Source of the DNA: Octopus vulgaris
Lineage: Eukaryota
Length of the DNA: 64,000 nt
Assembly (NCBI GenBank): GCA_951406725.2
Contig: OX597814.1
Span: 74,090,001-74,154,000, forward strand
Direction of reading: 5' to 3'
Positions 1-14,007 of the stretch are shown piece after piece; the first letter of the stretch is position 1, and each line of letters starts with the position of its first letter. The notes below the pieces were generated by a model. That model did not search any database. It was not told where the DNA came from and saw only the letters and a program-made list of their open reading frames with translations. The translations under genes and the position numbers were made by a program.

Positions 1-152
1 TTTGGCATTATTTATTTACCATCACACGTGTTTCACTTGCTAATTGGAGTAACAAAATTATACATGTTGGATAAATATAAAGATATCTCCTATTAGAAAT
101 TCTTCAGCCAGGGAATTAAATAACCCTACCCTCATTATACATATATACATAA

Positions 153-209
<57 letters not shown>

Positions 210-330
210 CACACACATATATATATATATGTACACATACATATATACATTCATATAAAACATACATATATATATACATACATGCATATATACATAATTA
301 TATATATATAATATATATCTATATATATAT

Positions 331-366
<36 letters not shown>

Positions 367-372
367 AGTGTG

Positions 373-420
<48 letters not shown>

Positions 421-423
<3 letters not shown>

Positions 424-833
424 AATGGATGAATGAATTATCCTTTGTTTACCGTTAACATAGAAAATTCAATAAACAGTTAACCTAGGTAGCAACATTC
501 ACGCAAGTAACAAGGATGTAGCGACCTATTCAAAGGTAGAAACTACGGGTTAATATGTAGTAATTTGTATAGTATAAGTAGATAAATGGAGTTGAACGCA
601 GGTGTTATTCAAATTTCTATTACTTTCGACATATGTTTCGAAGACAACGTCAGTTTTATTACAAAGGAATTAACGGTGTATAATAATGTAATCTTCTCAT
701 CAGGAAAGAAAGAGAACCCATCTCAACAACAAGACATTATAACAATTTTGATGACTGTATAAATGATAAAACCAATGTTGTCTTCGAAACATATGTCGAA
801 AGTAAAAGATTTTGAATAACAATTGCGTTCAAC
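421..833 (-). mobile_element. Solo Penelope-type pLTR module with an inverted partial copy
   Basis: Contains the HHR. 591-659 and 766-833 form an imperfect inverted repeat. The module abuts (TA)n on the left and (CA)n on the right. Confidence 0.6.
623..708 (-). ncRNA. Minimal type-I hammerhead ribozyme (long loop II)
   Basis: The minus strand reads CUUUC-CUGAUGA-GAAGAU[~45 nt]GUCUUC-GAAA-CAUAUG-UC/GAAAG. Stem I is CUUUC:GAAAG, the core is canonical, stem III is the palindrome ACAUAUGU, and the cleavage triplet is GUC. Confidence 0.85.
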
Positions 834-1476
834 ACTACACACACATGCAGTTGTTAGTGTGAGATTAAATATATTTAAACACATATATTTATATGTATAT
901 ACTGATATTTCGATCGATAACAACTTGCTTTAACTGCTTTAACATTAAAAACAAAGCAAACGCTCGCGCGTATTTCAGGGGGGAATGAGTAATTTAAATT
1001 CAAATTCCCACAAAGGAAACTTATATCGTTATGATTTAGTTTCATAAATGATGAATTAATTTTTATGAAAGAATTATACGTTTACGAAGTCAACTCTCGA
1101 TCAGGCCCTATTCATATTGCACAGTACAATTTTTATACAAATCTAATTTTTATAAAGTAATATGACATAATTTAAAAGTGCAACGACGATATATAATTTA
1201 AGAAGTGACAGTTATTTTGCAGTCAGGGAAGTATTAGAGACAGTTGATGTTAAAAATAAACAGTAGCAGTTTTCTTTGTTGTGTTGGAAAGAAGTAGTGA
1301 ATTTTGTATGATACTACAAGTATAGATATAAGTTTTGCTGGAATTCACCTTATTTAATGCATGGCCAACACATAAAATGTAAGTTATTTGTACCTTTACG
1401 TTTTAGTGAAATCAGTGTCTCGTCTATGTTTGTTTGAAAGAGAGAGTGAGGGAAAGAGTGAGAAAGCGATAGAGTA

Positions 1477-1706
<230 letters not shown>

Positions 1707-2442
1707 AAGTATACTTATAAATGCGTGTATGAATTATTTCCTTAGTTTTTCTCTCTGAAAACAATCATTATCCGATGATTTTTTTTCTATTTAAGTGAAA
1801 TATATTTAAAATTAAAACTGCTTTTAAATGGGAAGACCAGGTTGCATATTAAACTAGTTTAAAATACAACTTTGAGAATGTTGGGCAAGTGAATATTTTG
1901 CCGTTAATGATAGCCAGAGCCCACACGAGTGAAGGCGAGCTGTATGTAAAAACATAAGTATTATTCATGTTCCTTTAAAGTCAAAATACTATGCGTTTAC
2001 GATAAAAAGTAACCTGACCAACTGTTAAACAATTGACAACTAAATTTTATACTACTCTCTCACAAGTACACTTGTTACTCTTCCAAACAACTTGACGACT
2101 ATATCAAGGTTAGTCAAATAATATATCCGGCTTATTTAGTTTTCTTCTAGCAGTCAACCTAATTTTATTTATGATTTTACTCATTTAATATCTTTTAATG
2201 TACACTAGCAACAAGGAAAATGCTTTTATTTTGTGGCTATTCTTACAAATAAGCCAGTACTAAAAACATGTGTACAGGTTACAATGCAGATACATTTACA
2301 AGTTGAATATAAATTAATTAGGTTCTGTTTTCATAATCCATTAGCTTGAAATTTCATGTGTACCTGTTCATATAATTTTCCTTCTGAAACTTTATACAAT
2401 AAATATACATGGACAAAAACACACACACACAATTACACGCAC

Positions 2443-3160
<718 letters not shown>

Positions 3161-3702
3161 AGGCATGTCTGGTGCAGCGTAAAAATGAAAGCGAGTGTGA
3201 GCGCGATGTAGATAAAATTCGCTTAGTATAAATATTCACCTATTGAAAGCTTCGAAGGTAGTTAAGTGAGAATTTCAGAATATTGACAACTCTCATTTAT
3301 TTATGTTCAACCCCATATGCTGAGTGCCCCCCAACTCGTCAGCGGTACATACATACATACATACATACATACATACATACATACATACATACATACATAC
3401 ATACATACATACAAACAAACAAACATAAAAATATAGGTGTATATGTGTGTATGTTCAAAATGTGTTGGGATCCAAATGGGTCTTTCATACAAAGTCCCGA
3501 TTTTTAGTGGGAGGAAGGGGAATTGAAATTCACACACACACACAAACTGAAATCTGACAAGAACAAGAAATAGTTTTGAACAGTTTGTCTCACCTATGTA
3601 GTAGTTGGCGCAAGAGCTCCGCTTTAGCTTCAACTTGAGAATAGGGTCAGCTTCATGCTTGAATCAATCTCTATAAATAATTGATTGCTACTGCTGTTTG
3701 TT

Positions 3703-3747
<45 letters not shown>

Positions 3748-5124
3748 TGTTGTGTATGTGTTGTTTCCTTTTCTTCCTTCCTTTCTTTCTCTTTCTTTTT
3801 CTTTCTTTATCCTTTATTCTTTTTCCTCTTCTTTATCTTTCTTTCTTCTTTTTCCGGTTTTCCTTTATTTCCTTCTATATTTCTCTCTCTCTCTGAATAC
3901 ACACACACACACACACACACACATACACACACACAGACACAGACACACACACACACTCACACGCACGCACACGCACGCATATACACACACAATAAGCTTG
4001 ACAGTAACTTCGAAGTTTCCACATGCTTGCCTTCATCAGTCTGCCAATATATTTATGTATCCATCGTCGGTTCCGGTCAAAAGAATTACCGACTAATTAG
4101 ATTAATATCGCTGTGTATTCTGCAGATATATGTACACTTAAAACAATTTCTGTAAGATAATAACGGGATCATAAGCATTGTTACATAGGGTCATCTGTTA
4201 CAATTTCGAAATCTAGATTTCATAATCATTCTCATTTATTTAAGTATAGAATACAAATGTAAGTAACTGCATTTGGGATTTAAAAGATAGAAACATTGAG
4301 TATGATTTAAAGCGGTTCATTTATTAGCTACACACCATCGCACAATATTGGCAATTCCACGTGATCTTTGCCCCGAAGAAATGTATTATACAATTAATTC
4401 TAAATTCCTTTTATTAAATTTTAATGGGTATTTTACAATGAATAGAGCCACACATTTCGGAAGGCTTTTAAATATTTCAATTCTTAATTAAAATTGCTTT
4501 ACATATGTTATATTATAAACATAACTCTTCTAAAAAGTTTACTTTATTTGATAAATAGATAACTAACTGTCGTGACGTAAAAAATCTTTTTTTAATTGTC
4601 GTAACATAGAATTCTTATGCTTATTTTTTTTTATCCTTTTGTTATCCACTGACGTCACCAAGAGTTGAAAACAAAAACAGATTTTCTTAGATTATATTTC
4701 TGTTTAGCGTTCTTTTTGTATGCGTTCGCGTATAGGAAATATTTCCTTAGTTCACTTTCAATTAAATTTTGGACCGCCTTAAAAACGTTGTGTTAACATG
4801 TATTTTTGGAAATATTAATTTCAATATTTTCTATATCTAGATATGTTGACAACAGAAACAATTTTCGGTTTTGTGAGGAGAATTCTACAATTAAAGATGT
4901 GACTTTCCTCTATCCGTATTTTGTTGTTAAATACTTTGACTTTCTTGAAATTTTTCTAAATGATATTTCGATCTACTTGTCATATATGAGGATTTATCTT
5001 GTCATACAAGATTAACCTTGGGTGTGTTCTACATACATTTTTTAGTGTCTGATTGTTTGATATAGTTAACCAAATTCATCTAAAGCTGAGTGATTTATTG
5101 ATATCTGCCTGAAGTTTTAATGCC

Positions 5125-5400
<276 letters not shown>

Positions 5401-5931
5401 GTAGTTATGTAATTTAAACTGAATTGCTACTAGATTTATTGTCGTTTTAAAGGACAAGGTAATACTTAAAACAGAAAACAATGAAGCAACTGTAAAAATA
5501 TTCAAACCTGACCCATTTTGAGTTTCTCAAATACAGCTGATTTATTTTGAATATGATAATAAAGTGCTCTGTCTGTCTGTATTTGACATCACCTGATGTA
5601 AATGACAGACAGACAGACAGAATCTGTGTGTTCATGCGTGTGCACATACTCACGCACAATTTTATATAGTTACATAAAAAAGAGTTCTCCTATGAGAATG
5701 TATATTCTTTTACAATTCATAGCCAGGTCACATATTCTGGGTAATTCCGTTCGTTTTGCATGAGCAAACATTACATATTCATAAACTAGGAATATAAAAT
5801 CAAACGCACGAATTACATTGCCAAGTAGCTATATTAGATATCTTTCCTAAAAAATGGTTCTAGTATTCTTTCCTAGGTATTGTAAGTTCTATAAGAACAA
5901 CAATTGTCAAAACCCCAATGTTATATATATA

Positions 5932-7192
5932 TTGTGTCATCCCATAAATAATGCGGTTTTTTCAATTGCATGAACTAAAAGTGGAGGGGGACGGAATAAA
6001 CTACCTGCATCAAGTTGCTGCTATAAAGGCAGGTAGTAATTTTACTTTGTCCTTATTCTTAGTATAAGTCTTGAAGAGTGCAGTTCGATTTTAACTGTTA
6101 TTTTTTCAAAGCTTTTTTCAAAGGAGCATGTTCGGCATATTTTGCTTTATGGGTTCAATGAAGGCAACAGCACAACAGAAAGTGCGACGAATATTGATGC
6201 AGTATATGGTGGTCGGATAATAAGTGTAAGCCAGTGTGAACGGTGGATCCAGAAATTCCGAGCCGGAAACCACAGCCTAGAAGACGAGCCTCGTCCTGAA
6301 AGATCTGTAGAGCTCGACTGGGACGTCCTGCAAGCCCTGGTGGAACAAAATCCCATCATAACTGTTGAGGAACTAGCAGGGAAACTTGGATTTGGTCATT
6401 CAACCATTCATCGACACCTGCGTGCTATCGGAAAGTCAGAAAATTGGGTCACTGGATTCCTCACAAACTTTCCGAGCCTAATCGCGCGCAGGGAGTGAAT
6501 GTGTGCTCTTCTTTGCTGTTACGTCTCACCAATGAATCTTCTTTGGACCGAATAAGGACAGGTGACGAGAAATAGTTTCTCTATAAAAATGTCCCTTGCC
6601 GAAGACAGTGGGCAAGGAAAGGAGAAACATCGGCACCCAAGGTCTTCACCCACGTAAGGTGTTGCTATCTGTTTGGTGGGATATAAAATGTTTAGTCCAC
6701 TTTGAATTTTTAAACCCAAGCCAAAAGATGACAAAGGAGATCTACTGCGAGCAGCTTGAGCGGCTTAAGTCAGCGCTAGACTATCTTTCGTTTCACAATG
6801 AAAGGTGTTCTTCCATCAGGATAATACTCAGCCACATACAGAGAGGATGACATTCCAAATGCTGGTGCAGTTTGAATGGGAAACGATGCCCCACCCACCA
6901 TATTCGCTGGACATTGCTCCATCTGATTATCATTTATTTCGCAGTCTTCAAAATCATTTGGGCGGAAAAAATATGAATTCTGTATATGAGGTCAGAACAG
7001 TACTGGAAGAGTATTTTTTGTCGCGGTCAAGTGAATTTTGGAAGAGGAGTCTTGCAAATCTACCAGAGAGATGGAAGAGCATTGTAGAAAATTAAGGAGA
7101 GTATATTTTAGATTAAAAAAGAACTTTGTTTATCTTAATTTTGAAAAATAAAAGAAGTATTAAAAAACCGTATTATTTATGGGATGATCCAA
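5932..7192 (+). mobile_element. Near full-length mariner element with pseudogenised transposase
   Basis: TIRs TTGTGTCATCCCATAAATAATGCGG / CCGTATTATTTATGGGATGATCCAA flanked by TA. Motifs TGDEK, LLSVWWD, FHQDN, HPPYSLDIAPSDYHLF are spread over frameshifts. Confidence 0.95.
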
Positions 7193-8954
7193 TACATATC
7201 TGATCATTTATAGAGATGTGTATCATGTTATTAACAGTGAAGCCACATCCATAAACAACGCTAATAGTGTATTATGCACTATCATTACTATTAAAAAATG
7301 TAGGTCCGCTGCTTCTGTTTCAAACATTTAATTTTGAAAAAAGTTTTTTGATGAAGTGTAGTTTCATTGCTTTTCGAAATTTTGGGTCATCTCTTGAACA
7401 TTTGTAAAAGGGAAAGATTATGAACTTTCCTTCACCACATATTTCTAGATGTTTGCTCAGTGGAATCTTGCACAGTTCCTCTTGTCGGATCTGTTATCTG
7501 TGGATTTTGAAAGTTTTCAGAGGGAATTGTTTTTTTCGCCAATGTAATCTTCCTTGGAGTTGGGGCAAGCAATACAGTATATAAGATTCTGTGTCTTGAA
7601 GTTCATATCTGCATTTACTTTGAACGAGAATCCCCTCTTGAATTTTATGTCTGGAACCACTTTCTAAGTATTTAAAGTTGTTATTGCATGTTCCACATCT
7701 GCTATCTCCTCATTCTTTTACGAAGAATTATGATTCATTTTTTGATGTGAGGTGTTTTTTGAGACTTTTTGGTTGGCGTCAACTATTTCGTAAGGGGTTT
7801 TTATCAATCAGATCTTTCATTTTGGGGCTTTGTAGAAGTATCGGTAGGTTTGATTTTATGGTGTGAAAGATGTTGGCTACCCCAGGATTGTGCGTATTAA
7901 TATATGAAATCGCGTGTTCACATTAATTTTTTTTCTTTGGTGTCCTTAGTTGTGCAATGTTTAGCTTTATTGCCTTTTTAATTCCCTCGTTTACTAATCC
8001 TAAGGGGTATTTCTGCTTTGTTAGGAAGTCTTTAAGCTCGTTGAGTCGGATTTGACGTATTTTAGGGTCAATCACTATAGTGCAGTTACGTCTTGCCATG
8101 CTGTATGGGATGTTCCTTTTGATGTGTGAAGGATGGCAAGGGTAGGATTTCAAATATTGGTGCGTGTCCGTTTATTTGTAAAATATGTCTGTTGTGATTG
8201 TGGTGTTGTGTATTTTTATGTGAAAAGCCAGGAATGGTAATTCATTGCAACTGGATTCTGTCATGATTTTGATGGATGGGGGAAGTGTGTTTAGTATATC
8301 ATTAAATGGTTGTAGGTCCTCATCTTATTTGTCCTAAAAGTTGAAGCAGTCATCGAGGAAGCGTTTCCACTTGTTAATGATGTATTTCTTGTAATCCTGT
8401 TGAAAGGCTCTCTCTACTTTCTCATAAAGCTTTCCTTCCAAGTAACCCATGACTAGGTTAGCATATGAGGGTGCAAACTGCGTCCCCAGAGTCGTACCCT
8501 TTAACTGACGATATGTTTTATTATCGAATCTAAAAGTGTTTTCATCTAGCACCAAGGCTGTGGCTTTGGTGATGAAGTCAGTTTTGAAGCGTTCATTTAT
8601 CTGTCCTCTATGTTTCTCTACCCAGTGTTTGACTGCTTCCAGGCACAAAGTGTGGGGTATATTTGTATAAAGATTGGTGACATCAAAACTTGTATGTATG
8701 GTACCTTCTGGGACAGTAGGTGGAATTTGCTAGAGGAAATCTATGCTGTCCTGTATATAGCTGGGTATTAATGGACATGTGCGTGCGTGTCCATTAATAC
8801 CCAGCTATATACAGGACAGCATAGATTTCCTCTAGCACCTTCCACCTACTGTCCCAGAAGGTACCATACATACAAGTTTTGATGATACAAATATACCCCA
8901 CACTTTGTGCCTGGAAGTAGTCAAACACTGGGTAGAGAAACATAGAGAAACATA

Positions 8955-9173
8955 GACAAACAATCGGTGGACGCACGCAGTTGTCGAGTGGTACCCGCGT
9001 GAGCGGAAGAGACCACCCGGAAGACCTCCACGACGGTGGAGTGACGATTTCAGGAGGACGATTGGGATCACATGGATGAGAAAGGCGCGATCCAAAGAGG
9101 AGTGGACAGCGTGCTGGGACCAGCGGTGTCAAATGGACGCCTGACGGACTGGTCGGTCAAAGTGATCAAAGTG
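8955..9173 (+). mobile_element. 5'-truncated RTE-type LINE 3' end
   Basis: Encodes WTHAVVEWYPRERKRPPGRPPRRW, typical of an RTE C-terminus, and ends in a tandem CAAAGTGAT tail. The 12-bp direct repeat ATTAATGGACAT lies at 8767-8778 and 9174-9185. Confidence 0.7.
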
Positions 9174-9870
9174 ATTAATGGACATAAAGGTTTTAGCAGT
9201 ATGTCAAAAAAATGACACTTGGTGCTTGAGGTTCAGCAACTATTAGTCTCAGTTTGAGGTCAGTAGGTCTTAGCATTTTTATGTATTGGTTCCTCTGCTC
9301 ATTTATGGCTCTCTGTATTTCGGGACTTTTGTGGATTTTGGCTAATTCGTAGAAATTTCTCTCTTTGATTACAGAGTTGCATAAATAATCTTTCTCTTTG
9401 TCTGTGAAGGAATCTTGGTATTCATTAATTAGTGTTTTGATTTTATTTATTATCGCTTTTTCCGGGTGTCTTAGTTCCAATATTTTATCTTTATAGTAGT
9501 AGGATTTCCAATATTTTATCTTTATAGTAGTATTTATCCATGATTATTATCGCCCCTCTCTCATCGGCTTTTTTTAGGATGATTGAATTGTCATTCTTCA
9601 GTGTTAGTAAGGCTTCTTTTTCTTCTCCACAAAGGTTTTGTTTGTATCTAGGGGTACTTAGGGGAAATTTCGAAATTGTGTCTATATATGCGTCTAAATG
9701 CTTGTCAAACATTTCTGCCAACTTTATGTATGTATGTGAGTGTGTGTGCGTGTGCGTGTATGCATGTATGCGTGTGGGTACGTTTATATGTATGTATTTT
9801 GCATATTCATGTGTTTGTGTTTATGTTTATGTGTTTGCATGTGTTGTGTATATACACCTGTTATGTAGGC

Positions 9871-9909
<39 letters not shown>

Positions 9910-9911
<2 letters not shown>

Positions 9912-11790
9912 CAAAATAAGCAACAAGGATATCCAGAGGTAATGCAATACGATCGTTTCATGCGACTCCATTTAATTGAACAATGCAAACATTACATCAA
10001 TTTAAAATGTAGAGCAATTTTCAGCTGCATAAAAATATAGAATTTAGTTAAATTCGAAGGATTCATTTGTATAATTTTCCTTTTTATCCAAAATCACCAA
10101 GAAGATAAGTAGATAGACAAAAAACATGTTTTATCAACAACATCACAGTTGTAACTGAGATCTTTTCAAAAAAGACACTGCTTAACACTGATTAATTTCT
10201 GTTATTCAGCTTTACTAGTGGGTGGGGGTAGTTTTAATTTATAGACTAGTTTATCAAATCTAAGAGAAACTAGAGTATATCCTTTATGGATAGGGCAAAA
10301 TACATAGACAATTTAAGTGGCAGAGTCATAAATCGAGATTTCTTTGAAGTAAAGCCATTTGGTTCAGTAAGAATATACTTCAGACAAGATTATAGCAGCT
10401 AAATTTGCAGGCTAATGCTTATGGGGAAGGCAGAGTGAAATCATATAGTATCAAACATTTACCTACTATAAACAATGTTATTTGTATATACACATACATT
10501 TTAGAGTTATTCTAAAGAGCACTAAAAAGAATATTTCTGAATACTTTCAGTATATCCAAAAATTTTACACAATAGGGGGACAGAAAATATAGAAATAATT
10601 CCATATTTATATATTTCTATACTAACTTAACAACATATATTTATAATTATTTATTAAATGGTAATTATTGGTATTAATAAAGGAAAGTTAAGTTAAAGGA
10701 ATATGTTAAAATTTATGTATTAAATCTTAATTTTAGTCTTATATTATAAACAGTGAATATACCAGTATAGTTTTATATAAGCTGAGTATGAAATTTATAG
10801 AGATATATTTTAAATAAAATAATATAGTAAATAAATAGATAAGAGATTGGCTTTAAAGTAAAATAAAGAATTAAAAAATAAAAATAAAATAAAAAAAATA
10901 TCATTCTTTGTAGAATATTATAGACAAAGGGTAAAAAAGATTTATATTCCAAAAAACTATTGTAAGGTATATTTAGCTTATTTGCATCAATAGGTAAGGT
11001 AATATGTTAGAAAAAAATTATAATTCTAAATTTAAGACTAAAAATTATATTTACCTGTCATGAGAATATCTATAAATGATTAATGTTTAATGTCGGGTAA
11101 AGAAATAATTAAGTTATTGGACAATATACGCCTACATAACAGCCTATTAACAAATCTACCTGTGTATGTATAAACGGTGGGTATTGGGGTATCACTACCT
11201 TCTATGTGTCTCTCTTATTCAGTATGGGGGCTGTTTTGTTTGGGATGACGTACTCCTGTATTTGTCTGAGTATTGGGTCCTTCGGGCGCTTGGATAAAAT
11301 GTGGATGTCAAGTCGACCCAATGTGCCTTTATGTTAGTCTTTGGTATGTTGGTAGGGTATGGAGGACTGTTTTTTGTTGTCATATTGTCTCAAATGCTTC
11401 TAGGCTTCTAGATATCTCACCAATGTATGTCATGTTCTTGTCTTTACAAGCAGCTTCTATGCACTTTATGCTCTAGACTACATTTGTAGTTCTACTGTTA
11501 ATGCCAGGGTTAATTTTACATAACATGCAGTTCCTATTGGTGCATGTGGTATTCCCAAAGGAGTACGTACTACATAGCTGTGATCTTATGGAGGTTACTG
11601 GTTTTACAACGATCTTAATGTTGAGATTGATCTCCTTCAGAGCTTTCCTAAATCTTCGGGCTAGTTCTACATGGGTTGTGGCCTCTACAAACTTGACATT
11701 TGTCGGCAGCCTTGTACCATGTTTTCACCTTGTTTGCTTTGTCACAGACTCTCTGTATCCCATACTAGTCTTTGCTTCTGTATCTAGAGC
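9910..11790 (-). mobile_element. 3' part of a second PLE family (Cys linker + GIY-YIG + long AT-rich 3' UTR ending in an HHR)
   Basis: Minus translation near 11400-11700 gives FVEATTHVELARRFRKAL..CTNRNCMLC..TTNVV*SIKC..TYIGEISRSL. The HHR is at the 3' end next to (TA)n. Confidence 0.7.
9942..10030 (-). ncRNA. Hammerhead ribozyme motif, core variant CUGAAAA
   Basis: Minus strand: AUGCAG-CUGAAAA-UUGCUCUA[..]UGGAGUCGCAU-GAAA-CGAUCG-UA/UUGCAU. Stem I is 6 bp and stem III is the palindrome ACGAUCGU. G8 is replaced by A without a C3 change, so this copy is probably impaired. Confidence 0.7.
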
Positions 11791-12067
11791 AGGTACCACT
11801 GGTTTCATTACAAATAATACTATCTAATCCTATCTCTCTGCTCATATCTAGAAAGAAAATCATGCAAACCAAATACAAAAACGAAATACAAAAATGCAAA
11901 AACGAAAGTAAATGAGTAGACATTGAATTGGTGAGTGTGTTAATTAATAAGGCATTAAAACGGAATGACTCTCCCCAGACACAACAGAATATGCTTCAAT
12001 ATGTAATTGACTCATCCCCGACCCCAAAATTGCTGTCTTTGTGGCAAAACTTGAAACCACCACCACC

Positions 12068-12149
<82 letters not shown>

Positions 12150-12342
12150 GGTAGACTGAGGCAAATTTCTACTGCATCACCTGCTACATCTCCGTGTTGC
12201 TGGGGTGTGTGCAGCATTGTGTGTTCTTTTTGCTGTTGGAGTGTGCAAACCCTTCCCGGTAGTGTATTGAGTTATTTTTTCCTTGAGGTGTAGTGCTGCC
12301 TTTTGTTGTGTTACTGATTGTATTGTGTTGAGTGTGTAATGG

Positions 12343-13639
12343 GATTCTAGGCAAATTTCATTACGGTAAATTCCTCTACGGTAAATTTCACTATAGGTAA
12401 TATGAATACATTTTAGATCACATTTTATTCACACATTAAGATTAAAATGATGGCAAGTACATAAAAATAAAGTTATGAAGAAAGTTTAATATATTTGAAG
12501 AAAATTCTTTTATGAAAAATTGCGTGCAATATTTCTTAAAATTTGTAGAGCATTTTCAGATTGAAAATTCTCAACTAACTTCTTTGGTCTTTAGTAATGC
12601 ATCAATCATTTGATAGGACTTTTTCTTTTTTGTCGAGTCCCCACGTCGAATGTGCGCAATTTTCGTCTGACTTAAGCCTTCATCTAACACGATGATATGA
12701 GGCTTCTTTTTTGCCAGGAAGTAGGGCAAATAGCTGGGCATACACGACCCTCCTATGATGATATGTAGCGTGAAAAGCTGACATCACGAACTAAGAGACA
12801 CCTTAAAAGTCCCATCACAGGCCCAATTTTCAGAACTTTCTAGATCATCCAAGCCTTTTTACTTAAGAAAAAACTAAAATTCTGTCCGAGTCATCAATAC
12901 CACTGTCAAAGACCAAAATCAAGGACCCATTTTCTAAGTACTTAACTGCATCAGGAATTTCAAACCCTGAACGGCAATCTGGAAGCGCTGGGATTCCTAA
13001 AGCATGCTGCCTCCAGTTACGAATGTTACGTGTAAGTTCAGGAATAGTTTGCAACAATGATTGTGCTTCCTCATCGAGATTTTATACAGTAGTAGCTATT
13101 ACTTCCTGTGAAGATACTGTATCTGTTCTCATTACTTCACCTATCATTGAATTAAGTCTTTCGGGCATTAACGTGTGCACTGCTTGCTGAGTGATCATGG
13201 GAATCCGTTGAAAAAACTTCTGCTACACTGGAGTTGATAGTTGTATGTAATCTAGCCCGGTAACCTTTGTAAAACCGTTCACAACACCAATATACTTTCG
13301 TTTTGCTACTGTTTACTCCATTCTTTTCGTCTTTATGATTCTCTTCGTCGCAAAGCTTACGTTTGTTCTTTTCTGATGTTATAAATGTTGCCATGGTTGA
13401 GGGTTTCAAGGTTCAAAATTAAACTGAATAGAAAAAAATTAGTAGTATAGTGAAATTCAGTTAAAAAATGAGTAACGATGGTATAAACGACTAATTAGTT
13501 AAGAAGTGTTTAAGAAGGGCGTGTGTAATTAGTTTTCCATAGACCGTTATTTTCCGAGTGGAATTTACTGTAGTGGAATTTACCTTAGTGGAATATACCG
13601 CAGTGAATTTTACCTATCATGAAATTTACACCGGTCACG
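12343..13639 (-). mobile_element. Mutator-like (Phantom-like) element with FLYWCH domain and a decayed DDE transposase
   Basis: 9-bp TSD GTGTAATGG at 12334-12342 and 13640-13648. Inverted subterminal ~15-bp repeats (TGGAATTTACCGTAG-like) at both ends. Protein remnants KVYWCCER..ARLHT..HDH and LVFDSG..DRILVFS..NWACDGTFKV. Confidence 0.8.
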
Positions 13640-13729
13640 GTGTAATGGTTTAGTTTTCTAGCTTGTTGAGTGTGTAATGCTTTGGTTTATTATTATTATT
13701 GTTGTTGTTGTTGTTGTTATTATTATTAC

Positions 13730-13792
<63 letters not shown>

Positions 13793-14007
13793 CCGCTGAC
13801 AAAAAAGACGCGAGTCATCATCTGCTGTTCACGGAGGTGATGTCACCTCGCACATAGGCAATAATATACTTTTGTCTATTCCCCAATTTGGGCGTTGTTC
13901 GTATTTCTTTCATTAGTCAGATATAAACCAGTGGTCAGGGAAATCTTCAAAGAATCAACTAATGAAATAGAAATATATTCTTATCAGTATGTATCAGTTT
14001 GTATAAA

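Larger units (their letters stand above)
5683..9720 (-). mobile_element. Decayed Penelope-like element (RT + GIY-YIG endonuclease + 3' UTR), interrupted by a mariner and an RTE insertion
   Basis: Minus-strand remnants: KKADERGAIIIMDK (DKG motif), FYELAKIHK..LKLRLIV, FDVTNLYTNIPH, YRQLKGTTLGTQFAPSYANLVMGYLE, RFLDDCF, CHPSHIKRNIPYSMARR, and NLIYCIAC..YIGE. The 3' UTR is homologous to 48022-48570. Confidence 0.85.
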
